DNA from: Dictyostelium discoideum
Lineage: Eukaryota
Assembly (NCBI GenBank): GCA_000004695.1
Contig: CM000155.2
Span: 1,600,001-1,664,000, forward strand
DNA: 64,000 nucleotides
Direction of reading: 5' to 3'
Each line of letters opens with the position of its first letter. The first letter of the stretch is position 1. The position numbers and the translations under genes are program-made. Positions 13,597 to 26,002 of this stretch are shown in pieces. The notes under the pieces are model-generated. The model saw only the letters and a program-made list of their open reading frames with translations, was not told the origin of the DNA and did no database searches.

Positions 13597-13644
13597 TTTA
13601 TCTACTCTGGGAACATATCCTATTTTCTTTTGTTTAGTTTTTTT

Positions 13645-13700
13645 TTGTTTTGTTTTGTTTTGTTTTGTTTTGTTTTGTTTTGTTTTGTTTTGTTTTGTTT
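13645..13700. repeat. (TTTTG)n pentanucleotide microsatellite, ~12 units
   Basis: ttttgttttgttttg… seen directly. Confidence 0.95.
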
Positions 13701-14012
13701 GGAGAAAAATAAAATAGGAAAATAATAGAAAAAAAAAAAAAATTTTAAAAAAAAAAAAAAATTTTTAAAAAAAATTAAAATTAATTCATCTGTAAAGGTT
13801 TTGTGATGGAAAACTCAAATAGTTAAAAAAATTTATAAAAATTAAAAAAAATAATATAAAAATCTAAAAAAAAAAACAATTAAATCTTTTTTTAGTTTTT
13901 TAAGTTTTTTTAAAATCCAAAATTAAATGTTTTCTGTATCCCAGTTACATATTAAGTTTTTATAATAAAATGTAAACCCAACAAATTCAAATCAATTCAA
14001 AATAGTAAGCAA

Positions 14013-14051
<39 letters not shown>

Positions 14052-14535
14052 AAAGTTTTTTTTTTAATATCTGGTATACAAGTAATTGTAATTAGGTATC
14101 ATCTATATTTTACATTTTTGATTCCAATTTTTATTTTATTTTTTTATTTAACATTTTCAACAAAGTATATTATTTCATATTGTAATTGATAGAAAGATGG
14201 AAAAAAAAAGTGCAAATGCAAAAGTTCTTTGAGAATTTGATGCTCGTAGGTACGGTGTTTTTTACTTTTTTATTTTCTGCGAGCGACTTTGCAAATTAAC
14301 ATAAATATAAACACCACAATCATTTCATTATTATTTTGTAGTTATAGAGATATTAGAATTTTATAATTTCTAACTATGCTTTTTTTTTTCTCCATATAAA
14401 ATTTTTTTTTGGCATTTTGTTGTTTTGGATTTGTGAGGTGGTTATTTTTAAATTTCATTTTTTTTATTTTTTTTTTATTTTTATTTTTTTTTTTTTTATT
14501 TTTATCCACAACAATTCAAACAAAAAAAAAAAAAA

Positions 14536-16003
14536 ATGATTGGTAGTGATAAATTATTTTTTAAAGTTTGGAGAAATATTTATTTAAAAAAAATAATATT
14601 TCATCATTTAAAATTATATAATTATATAAATAATTATTTAAATGATTTTTATAGTATAAATTCAATTTTTGAATTTAGAGAAAATTTTCAACCAAAAGGA
14701 TATTTAAATTCATTAGTTTTAAATATTAGTGATATATTAAATGGTAATGGAATTTATGATGATCATTCTGAATTATTTGATGGAATTCTATTTGATCAAT
14801 TTTTACCAAAAGATGTCACAACTCTAACTATAAAATACAGTAGGGATGCAATTTCATTAGGATTAGATGAACCAAGAATACAACTTGAATTACCACCATT
14901 ACCAGATCAAATCACCACATTAAATATATTCACCATGCAGATGGAATACTATCAAAATATTGATAATACTAAACCATTAGATATAAGTGAATGGCCATTA
15001 AAACCAAACTATTTAATGGGAAAAGTGAACTTAAGGAAATTAAATTTTAAAAAGATGCCAAATATAGATTATAACAAAATCAACCTACCATTATATATTT
15101 CAAATAGTTTTAATAAAATCACTACAATTTCAATTGGACAAATACCAATGGGAATTATTGATTTAAGATTACCAGATAATTTTAACGGTAATCTTGAAAG
15201 TGGTTGTATTCCATCAACAGTTTTAAAATTAAAATTTGGTAGAGCCTATGATAAACCTTTAAATAAATCAACAGATTTACCAATTGGTTTAATTGAATTA
15301 ACTTATCATGCTAATCATTCAATACCATTGAATTGTTTACCTGAAACTTTAGAAATATTAAAACTCGGTGAAAATTATAATTCACCAATCATAATTGGAT
15401 CATTACCAAAATCTTTAAAATCTTTAAAATTTGGTAAATCATTTAATCAACCATTGAAACAAATTGGTTGTTTTCCATTGAATGAAAATTTAAATACTTT
15501 GATATTAGGTAAAAATTGGGATAATATAGTATCAAATGGTGTTTTACCTTCATCAACATTAATTCATTTAAATTTAGGAAAAGCAAGTGATTTTAGATTG
15601 AAACAAACTATTTATTCATCAAGTATTAATATGTTTAGTAAATTCTATTCAGATGAATCATTAATTCAATGTAATAATTTGAAAACATTAATTATTAATT
15701 ATTTCGATAAACAAATCTTACCAAATTCATTACCAAATTCAATTGTAACAATTAAATTTAAAAATTTCAATAATGGTAATAAACCAATCCAACCATTTTC
15801 TTTACCATCTGAATTGGAATACATTGATTTTGGTAATAAATTCAATCAAAAGATTCAACCAAATTCTTTTTCTCATTTAAAAAATTTAAAAACAATTAAA
15901 TTTGGTAAATCATTTAATCAATCATTAGAAAATTGTATTATTCCTTCAACTGTTAATTTAATAACTTTTAAAAATTCAAAATTTAATAAATCACCACCAC
16001 CAA

Positions 16004-16042
<39 letters not shown>

Positions 16043-16629
16043 CTTTAAAATTAAAAATAAGAATGTATAATTCAAATGATTTAAGTAATGATTTTAAAAA
16101 TTGTTTAAATTCAATAGATTGTAAATTCTTATCAAATGAAGATGAATCAAATTTAAATTCAACTACATTCCCAAATTCATTAACAAGTTTAAAAATTAGA
16201 GATGAGTTTAGAAAACCAACAAGTTATAATGGATTTTTAAAAAATAAAATTAATTTAACAAATTTAGATATAAATGAACCAATTGAAAAATTAGAATTAC
16301 CTTTATTAAATAATAATGATAATAAAACAACAACAACAACGACAACAACACAAAATAATAATAATATAGTTAATAATATTAAAATTTTAACATTATATAG
16401 AGGTATACATCCATTATTAATATTTCCATCAATTGAAATTTTAATTATAAAAACTTCATATATTATTATAGATGAAAAACAATTCCCAAATTTAAAAGAA
16501 ATTCATTCAAAAAATCATAAATTTATAAATTCAATTTTTAATAATCCAAAATTATTTGAAATTTTAAAATATCCAATTAAAAATAAAAATCAAAAGCTTG
16601 ATGAAAGAGCTTCAACAATTTTATTTTAA
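14536..16629 (+). CDS. FNIP repeat-containing protein (Dictyostelium-type), single exon, 697 aa
   Basis: Multiple ~22-aa FNIP repeats with the F-N-Q/I-P-L signature (KFGKSFNQPLKQIGCFP, FGNKFNQKIQPNSF, KFGRAYDKPLNKS…). Poly-Thr linkers. True ATG at 14536. Confidence 0.85.
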
Positions 16630-16688
16630 ATATAATTTATTTATCAGAGTTGTTATTATTATTATTATTATTATTTTTACATTTTATT

Positions 16689-17348
16689 TTAAAATTTACC
16701 AGATTGAAAATCATAAAATGCTTGTTGAATTTCTCTTTGTGTATTCATAACGAATGGACCATGTTGTACAACAGGTTCACGTAATGGTTTTGCAGATAAG
16801 AATAAAAATCTAACACCATTTTCACCAGCGGTGACATCAATTTTATTTGGAATTGATTGTTGTTGATCATCTTTTGAGAGGGTATTGTTATCTTTGTTTT
16901 CTAATAAACCAATATGTTGATCACCGATTTTAACTTGATTACCTTGTGGACCGAAAAAACCTTCACCTTCGAAAACATAAACAAAAGAACTATGATCAAA
17001 ATCTGGAATTTCCTCTGAAAATTTAGCATTTGCTTTTAATTTAACATCTAAAAAGATTGGTTTAACATGTAAATCTCTAACTGGACCTTCGATACCATCA
17101 TAAACACCTGCGATGATTCTAACTTTTTTATCATCAGTATTAACCTCTGGTATATCTGCTGCTGGAATATCTTTATACCATGGTTCTGACATCTTTTCTG
17201 CTGCTGCTAAATTTAACCAAAATTGAAATCCAAACATCATACCATCACGTTGTTGTGGAATTTCTGAATGAATAATACTAAAATTATAAATTAAAATTAT
17301 ATTTATTAATATATATAAAATTTTTTTTTTTATTGTTTTTTAATTTCT

Positions 17349-17382
<34 letters not shown>

Positions 17383-17934
17383 ACACATACCCTTTACCTG
17401 CATTCATAATTTGAACCATGCCTGGTAATAATAAACCTCTATTTTTTCTATTATCCTCATGTAACATTGCACCTTCAATCATGTAGGTGAGAGTTTGTTG
17501 ACCACGATGTGGGTGATCTGGGAAACCTAAATAATAAATAATAAATTATTAAATTAGTTTGGGAAAACTCTGGATACTATATGCTATACTATGCTATATA
17601 TTATATTTACCTGCGATATAATCATCTGGGTTATCAGATTTGAAGGCATCCAACATTAAAAATGGATCAACTTCACTACTTTTTATAGAACCTATTGGAA
17701 AGAAAATAATTATTAATAAAATTTAAATTTCCTAAAGGAAATAATAAAAAAAAAAATAACCTAGGTGGGTTGCAATTTTTTTTTTTTTTTTTATTATTAT
17801 TAATATTAGGTGATAAAGTTAATATACTAAAATGAATTCATACCTCCAATAACACGAGTTAATGAAACTCCATCACCATCTTTTGTAGCAATACCTTTAG
17901 CTACCTTTAGTACTTTTCTTGATACACTTGACAT
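16689..17934 (-). CDS. pirin (cupin-fold) family protein, 4 exons, ~298 aa
   Basis: Exon 1 17934..17844 (MSSVSRKVLKVAKGIATKDGDGVSLTRVIGG, donor GTATGA). Exon 2 ~17691..17611 (SIKSSEVDPFLMLDAFKSDNPDDYIAG). Exon 3 ~17526..17391 (GFPDHPHRGQQTLTYMIEGAMLHEDNRKNRGLLLPGMVQIMNAGKG; pirin metal-binding H-x-H motif). Exon 4 17277..16689 (IIHSEIPQQRDG… C-terminal pirin domain). Total 897 nt; phases consistent. Confidence 0.85.
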
Positions 17935-18385
17935 TTTTACTATTTTATTATTTACTTTTTAAAAAATAAATTTTTTATGTTTGGGAATTTTTTTATTTTT
18001 TGAAAAAAAATTGTTTTTTATTTTTAATTAATTTTCGGCGATGTTCGGGGTGATATTTTTAGAGTGGATTGCTTTAAAAAAAAAAATAATAATAACCTTC
18101 AATTTTTTTTGCGTTTTATTTTTTTTTTCACAACTGGCGCTTTTTTTTTAATTAAATTAAAAAAATAATATGAAAAATTTAAAAATAAATAAAATTTTTT
18201 TTTTTACTTTATGATTCGATTAGAATAAAAACAATTTGAAATGGAGACAAAAAATATTAATCATTTAATATAGTGAAAATTTTATTTAGTTACCTAATAT
18301 TATTAGAAAAAGAAACCCAAATTACACACATCCATGTGTTTCTGATACTTTATATTACCAATATTTTAATCACGATAATAACATT

Positions 18386-19732
18386 AGACTTTTAAAAGGA
18401 TCAATACGTACGGATGCCCGCGAACGTCAATAGTGAACAGGTGGTACAATGGCCAAAGGATCAACAGGATTTTCTAATTAAAAATAAGGTACCGTTGGAA
18501 AGGATATGGAATTTGGACGAAACAGCAATAAAACTTGATGAAACTGCAGTTAAGGTAAAAGTATTAAACTTACAACCATTTTTTTAAGTAATATATTACA
18601 ATATATCATTCATATTAATTAATAAAATTCTTTGAATATTTTGATTATAGTATGTTGTAAACAAAAGTTTAGGTAAACCATTGACAAAACCACTCAACTA
18701 TTCCCAACATGTCACCATGATTGGGTGTATATCGGCGAGTGGTCGCCGTTTACCTCATTACTCAATTATAAAGGCACCAAAGACATCAATTGGCAATATA
18801 ACAATTCATACCCAAGGGAATATAATATTTAATGAGTCAGGATGGGTTGACACCAAACAAAAAGTAGATTTCATTAAGTATTTTGGTGATTCAATAAACA
18901 GAGGTCTAACCAAACCTTATCCATTAACTGTTTTATACTTGGACAATCATTCATCAAACTTACAAGAAGAAGTTGCAGATGCCTTGAATGAATATAATAT
19001 TCATTGTTATACGTTTCCAGCTAACTCAACTCACTTATTGCAACCATTGGATTTATTGGTTTTCGGTATTTTCAAAAGAAAGTTGAACCAGACCATTAAT
19101 AATTTAAAAAGGGTTAAATCCAAAAAGGATATACCCAAAACAAGCTAATTATCATTTGAGGAATTATTGGACGTAATAGAAACATCATGGGATGCTACTG
19201 CTTCACCAATTACTATTAAGAATGCTTTTGAAATGATTAAAATAGATTGGAAATCGATAAAAGCATCTTATTTGGATGAATTGGAAAATAATGACGATAA
19301 ATCTTTAGCATGTGTTTCCAATACTTTAGTTATAAATGAAAAACCCTCTTCAACCCAAATAGCAGATGCAAGAAAGATTGGGTTCCAAATTAACAGTTTG
19401 GGTGTAGGGTAGGTAAGAAAAAATAAAATCTATAAATTACTATTATTATATACTAATTTTTTAATTTTAAAATCACAGAAATACAATAAAAATAGATGAA
19501 GCACCAAAAAAAAGAGGTAGACCATCAAAGGTTACTATTAATTCAACTGTAAATGTTTTAAATGTCAATATCCAAAACAATTTTAATATACCAATTACCG
19601 ACTTTTCATCACCTGTGTTAAAACTTAACAAAAATGGCCAACCAAGAAAAAAATATACTAAAAAATTAAAGGCCATTCATGATAGTACAATAAATCAACA
19701 GAATTCAAACAAAATCTCTGAAATTGATTAAT
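18386..19732 (+). mobile_element. 5'-truncated pogo/Tigger-type DDE_1 transposase-derived remnant (with introns, in-frame TAA, C-terminal AT-hook)
   Basis: Frame opens at ~18386 with no upstream HTH/CENP-B domain. First catalytic motif IWNLDETAIKLDE (~18470). GT-AG intron ~18537-18651. Middle part …LYLDNHSSNLQEEV…NIHCYTFPANSTHLLQPLDLLVFGIFKRKL (DDE_1 second and third acidic motifs). In-frame TAA at 19146-19148 (ORFs 18681..19148 and 19167..19412 share a frame). C-terminal …SWDATASPITIKNAFEMI…, then after a putative intron KKRGRPSK (AT-hook). No terminal inverted repeats found. Confidence 0.65.
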
Positions 19733-20080
19733 CTCCAATATTAATAAATAATAATAAATAAATAAATTATTTTTTTTCTCATATAAAATTTTAATTAAAA
19801 AAAATGTCGGTTGCAAAAAAAAAAAAAACTCGAAAAAAAATTGAAGGTAATAACCAATTTAATATTTAATCAATAACAATAAAATTAGAATAATTTAAAA
19901 AAATAAAATAAATTAAATTAAAATATCAATAACAATAAGATTAAATTATAAAAAAAAAAAGTGATATTTGAAAATATCTATAAAGGTGTCAATTTTGAAA
20001 AGTGATTAGAGATTTCAATTTAATCATCATTTGTTTTTTTTGGTTATTACTTAGATTAAAAAATAATTTGAATGATTATA

Positions 20081-20103
20081 AATATAATAATTATTATTAT
20101 TAC

Positions 20104-20160
<57 letters not shown>
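20081..20160. repeat. (ATT)n microsatellite
   Basis: Perfect run, intergenic. Confidence 0.95.
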
Positions 20161-20161
<1 letters not shown>

Positions 20162-20627
20162 TAATTTTTAGTTATAATTAATGATCCAAAAAAACAGAAT
20201 CATTTCATTCATTTTTTTATATTTGATACAATAATTATACTTTTTTTAATTTTTTTTTTTTTTCATTTTTTTTTAATAACATGTAAATGGTATAATTTTA
20301 GTAAGATTATTTAAAAATACAAATGAAAATCAAAGACCACCATTACCAGAAAGAAAAGGGTGCTCCATTATTACCAAGATATGAATATATATAATTCAAA
20401 GAATATGATTATAATGAAGATGATGAAATTATTTATGTTTTATATAAAATATTTTACTTTTCCATTTAGTAAATTTTAAATAGGACATTTACCAAATAAA
20501 ATTTATAGATTTAATTTATTTAATTTTCTCATGTACATAAATAATCATATTTTATTTAAAAAGTTATTTTTATTTATTTATTTTAATAATTTATTTAATT
20601 AATAATAATAACAATAATAATAATAAT

Positions 20628-22628
20628 TTAACCCCATTGACTGGTTAATTCAATTAATAAACAAAAACTATCAGAATAATGACTATATTTATCTTGTTTA
20701 TATAAAGTATCTAAAGAGATGAATTTTGGCCAACCCCAAGCACTATCGAATCCTTCATCAAACATTTTCTTAAAACTAAATTCAATTGAATCTTGGAATC
20801 TAAACCCAATTACACTTGCCAAAACTGATATTGCTAATGGTTTTGTTAACTTACTACCAAATGCCAAATAAACAGCCAATTGACCTTTTTCTCTTTCCTT
20901 TAATTGAACGAAAAACTCTCTATCCTTGAATGAGAATCTCTCTAAATTTGCTGGTAATTTTATATCCTTTTTAATTCTATATAAAAATTGATTAGTTGAT
21001 TGACCAAATTCTGATGAAAATGAATTTAATGGTATAATTTCATTTGTAACATTTGAATCAAATGGTTGAGCTTTTTAAAATAAAATTAAAAAATTAAAAA
21101 ATTTTAATAATAAAATGAATAAATAAAAAAAAAAAAAAAAAAACTACTTACTAATACCTAATAAAAATTCAATTGGATAGGGTCTTTTTCTATTATTACG
21201 TGGTCTTCTATAATGGTAACCTAAAAATGAGAAACTTTCACCTCTATTTGATTTTAAAATATGTCTAAGAAGATTTGAAATTTCTTTATCTGGTATAATT
21301 TTTAAATTATCTAAACGTTCAAATGCTTCGCCGATATTCATATTTTCCCAACGAATTAGTGGTAATACTTCATCCAATAAATTCTTATCGATTGTTGTAT
21401 CCCAATCTTCAATGATATCTAAGTCATCCTTATTTGTTGAATATTCATAATCATCGTTTGCTGAATCATCTTTATCATCATCATCGGTGAAATCATCATC
21501 CTCATCATCATCTTCATCATCATCGTCACCATCTTCGGAATCATTTTCAAAATCATCGCCAACACCACCACCACCATTACGATGTTCTTCATCATCAATA
21601 TCACTATAGGTTTCTTCTGTATCGCTATGACAATCGTTGTTATTGTAATGACCACCACCACCACCACCATTACCAATGTGCTGTCTGTGGTGATCTTTTA
21701 ATGATAGAGAATTTCTTCTTGAACTGCATCTACTACTACAACTTCCATCGGATCCACCATCACCATCATGCTTTTTCAAATGTGATGAACTACTTCTTTT
21801 ACCATGACTTTTACCACTTGCACCATTTGCAGATTGAAGCTGTTGTTGCTGTTGCTGTTGCTGTTGTTGAATGGAAGCTTGTGAATTCTCTCTACACCAA
21901 TCTATAACACAATCTAATATATCCAATTCTTCCATCCTTAGACCATCATTACGTAACATTTGAACGAGTGTTGTCAAACTGATACTATAGAAAGCATCAC
22001 AATGTAATGAAATACTTGCATATTGTAGGACGAAAGCTCTTAAATGGGGGTGAACACTCTCGACTGGTATAGCACTTTGATTTAAAGAATCCCAAAGAAA
22101 AAGAGCACTTTCAACATCTGGTTTCTCTAGATACATTTGTGCGATTTTACCCATTGTTGCCAATGATAATTCTTTACCTCTTTGAAGACCCAAAAGATCG
22201 CAATACTGATAGATTGAACTCACCATCCTATGATCATAGTCTAAATCTAAAATTCCAATACAAATATATTTCAAAACGGTAAAAAACACATCAGGATCAA
22301 CACCCTCCAAGGTAATCTCTTTAATTGATGATTCTTTCATTGATCCAGTGAACATTGCTTTAAAGTACTCGCTTCTTGCCACTAACATTATCTTACTTGC
22401 AAAGAATTTCCTATCACCAACTTTAAATATTACATCACTAAACTGCGATGGTTGATCAGAATCCCCTAATAATATACCAAATGTATTGGTTAAATCTCTA
22501 GCTAATTTTATAATATCTTCATCTGTTCCATTACTATTACTATTGTTATTATTATTAGTATTATTATTATCATCAACACTTGAATTTAATGGATTTGGTG
22601 ATTTTTGATTATTAATATTTGATATCAT
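20628..22628 (-). CDS. BTB/POZ-BACK protein with acidic low-complexity region and C-terminal MATH/TRAF-like domain (2 exons)
   Basis: ATG 22626-22628. BTB: FSDVIFKVGDRKFFASKIMLVARSEYFKAMFTGSMKES…ITLEGVDPDVFFTVLKYICIG. Poly-Q, then a G/D/E-rich acidic tract. Exon 1 ends …PIEFLL with donor GTATTAGTAAGT at ~21157. Intron 21071-21157 (87 nt). Exon 2 21070..20628: AQPFDSNVTNEII…FSFKDREFFVQLKEREKGQLAVYLAFGS…DSAWGWPKFISLDTL (MATH-like). Confidence 0.75.
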
Positions 22629-23969
22629 TTCTATAAATATAAAAATAATAAAAAAATATTAAAATTACATTAAAAAAAAAAAAAAAAAAAAAAAAAAAGT
22701 TGGACAAGTAATAATAAATTATTTATAAATTATAAATAAATAAAAAAAAAAAAAACAGTTAATATGTGGTTTTTTTTTTGTTTTGTTTTTAATTATTATT
22801 TTTATTTTTGTTTTGTTTGTTTTTTGTTTTTTGTTTTTTGTTTTTTTTTTAATTATTTATTTTTATTTTTTTTTTTATTTTATTTTTTTTTTTAATGTGG
22901 TGGGTTGTGTGTTGAAAAAAAAAAAAAAAAATAAATAAAAAATACTAACTTTGATTTATTGGTTTTTTTACACTAGGTTTATTGGTGCTATTAATGTTAC
23001 TACTATTATTGTTATTATTATTGTTGTTACTATTATTATTGGTGTTGTTGTTGTTGTTGTTGTTGTTGTTTTGATTATTATTTCCATTAAAAGATATTCT
23101 TACAACAGGCTCAATTTCCATTTTGAATTATTTGCAAATCCCACAAATAATTTAATAAATAAAAAAAATAAATAAATAATTTATTTTATATTATTCTAAT
23201 TAAATAAATTTTTTTATATTAAAAAAAAAAAAAAATAAAGAAAAAAAAAATAAGGAAAAAAAAAAAAAAAAATAATAAAGAAAATAAAAAATTATTTGTA
23301 ATGTTAATTTATATTAAATCAATAATTGAAAAATAAATATTTTTTATTTTTTTATTTTTTGGATAAATTAAAATAATTATGATAATATTAAATGCATATA
23401 AATAAATATATATATTTATAACTTTATAATAACAAGAATTATGATGACCCCACACAAAAAAAAAAAAAATTTAAAAAATCTGTTCATATAAAAAAAAAAA
23501 AAAAAAAAAAAAAAGAGAACAAATTGTTAGCACTGATTAGAGTGTGAGTGATTGAATGTATTTTTTAAAAAAAAAACTACTATTGTTTATGTTGGTTAAC
23601 ATTTTTGAGTATTGAAAAAATGTTGGAACCAATTATATTTATAGTTATAATTATAACTATCATTATTTAGTGTTTTGACATTTTTTTATTAATTTTTAAT
23701 TTTATCTTTTAATTTTATTTTTTGAAGGTGCCAAACTGTTTGGTATCCTTAAATTATTATTGTATTTAAAAAAACAATGAAACAATTTTGTGTGGGTGTA
23801 TTTAAAATTCAAAGAAACAATATTTTTTTAATTTTAAAATAAAAAAAATATAAAAAAAAAATATAAAAAAATAAAAAAATAAAAAATAAAAAATTAAAAG
23901 TATAATTAAAATAAAAAAAATAAAACAAACCTTTAAAACTTTTTATTTATTGTATATGAAATTATTTAA

Positions 23970-24004
<35 letters not shown>

Positions 24005-24702
24005 AAAAAAAAATATTGTTTTGGATTATATATATATATTAAATACCTAATGAATCAAAATAATCAATTTTTTTATTTTTATTTTTAATTTTAATTCTTT
24101 TTTTTTGTTGGGGTGTGATGAGGTTGGAATTTTATTTGTGTAATTTTTAACACAAAACTGTTTTTTTTTTTTAATTTTCCTAGTCACTTTTTTTTTTTTT
24201 TTTTTTTTTTCTTTTACATAACCCCGTCCATTAATGGTTTGTCAGTGAATATATTATTGAGAATGGAGGTATAATATGTAAATATTGTTTATTTTTTAAA
24301 TTTTATATTTCTTTTTTAAAATTATTATTATTATTTATGTTATTATTTTTAATATATTATTATTTATAAACAAATTGGTGGAGATAATTAATAATAGTTA
24401 TTGATAGTAGATCTATAAAAAAAAAATGTGTATGTACAAGTGATGTATTTCCTTTATTTTTTATTTTTTATTTTTTATTTTTATTTTTTGTTTTTTGTTT
24501 CCATTTTTTTACTTTTTTTAAAAATCTAAAAACAATTGCATGTCAAAATAATAAAAAAAAAAAAAAAAAATAAATAAAAAAAATAAAATATAATAAAATA
24601 AAAGTTCCTCTTTGTTTACATACCAAATTTGATTGAATTTTGATAATATATTTAATATATTAAATATATTAAATATTATTATATATTAAAATATAATAAT
24701 TG

Positions 24703-24738
<36 letters not shown>

Positions 24739-24753
24739 ATAACATAATTATAC

Positions 24754-24785
<32 letters not shown>

Positions 24786-25032
24786 TTGTATAATATTTAT
24801 ATTCAAAAAAAAAAAAAAAAAAAAAAAATTATATAATTGTATAATATTAATTCAAAAAATGTGTGGGTGAGGGGCAATAAGTGGGGGTTTTAGTTAACTG
24901 CTTACCAAAATGAATTCATTTCCAAAGTTGAAATTAGTGACCACCCTATGTAGTTTTTACATATATTATAATATAGATTTAATCAATTGAAATGGATTTT
25001 ATTTAACAGTTTAATTATTGCTAATTATTTTT

Positions 25033-25035
<3 letters not shown>

Positions 25036-25129
<94 letters not shown>
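25036..25129. repeat. (AAT)n microsatellite, ~30 units, intergenic
   Basis: Seen directly. Confidence 0.95.
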
Positions 25130-25547
25130 GTAATTTTTGAGATCAAAACATTTATGCTATATTAGTAAATTACTCTGATTTTTTATTTTTATTATTATAA
25201 GTAATTTACTTTGATCTTTTATATTTAAATTTCCCATTCATTTTTTTTTTAAATTTTCCATTTTTTTTTTTATTTTTTTTGTTTTTAAACAAAAAAATAG
25301 ATGGAAAAAAGAAAAAAAAAATGAAAAAAAAAAATGAAAAAATTTAATTTTTTTTTTTGAAAAAAAAAAAAAAAAAATTCAAAATTCAAAATCATTTCGA
25401 TATCAAAGTAATTTATTCAAATAAATAAATCAAACAAATTATCTGTCTGTACATATATATACATAAATAAATATATATACATTTTATCAAAAAAAAAAGT
25501 ACATCTTCTTTAGTTTTTATTTAATAAACACAATAAAAAAAAAAAAA

Positions 25548-25971
25548 ATGGGAAAATCAAAAAAGAAAGTTATACCAACTTCTAATAAAGAACCGAAGAA
25601 ATCAACATCATCACAACAACAACAACAACAGCAACAACAACAGTTAACACCACAACAAGCTCAACAATTGCAACAACAACAAATGCAACACCAACAACAA
25701 ATTCAATACGCACAACAACAATTGCAACAAGCACAACAAATACAACAAGCACAACATCTTCAAATGCAACAAACCTCTCAAAGATTAGCACAACAAATCC
25801 AACAAATTCAACAAAAGAAAATTTCAATTAATCTAGATAACCTTGATAAAAACTTTTTATCTTTAAATTTAGATGCATTAAAACATTCTCAAAATCAAGC
25901 AAATGGTATATTCAGTTCATCATCCTCGTCAAATAAAAATACTAAAAATAAGAATAAAAATAATAATAATA

Positions 25972-26002
<31 letters not shown>

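Noticed and set aside
19804-20400. Possible mini-gene starting ATGTCGGTTGCAAAAAAAAAAAAAACTCGAAAAAAAATTGAAG|GTAATA (MSVAKKKKTRKKIEG) with a downstream exon ending …ERKGCSIITKI
   Set aside because: It would need a ~450-nt intron, long for this genome. The joined product (~41 aa) has no recognisable family, and the CaaX-like CSII is not C-terminal. Most likely chance.
23640-23760. Palindrome CCAAAC-T-GTTTGG at ~23735-23747 in the long BTB-MATH/TPR intergenic region
   Set aside because: It is a 6-bp-arm palindrome, short enough to arise by chance. Noted only.
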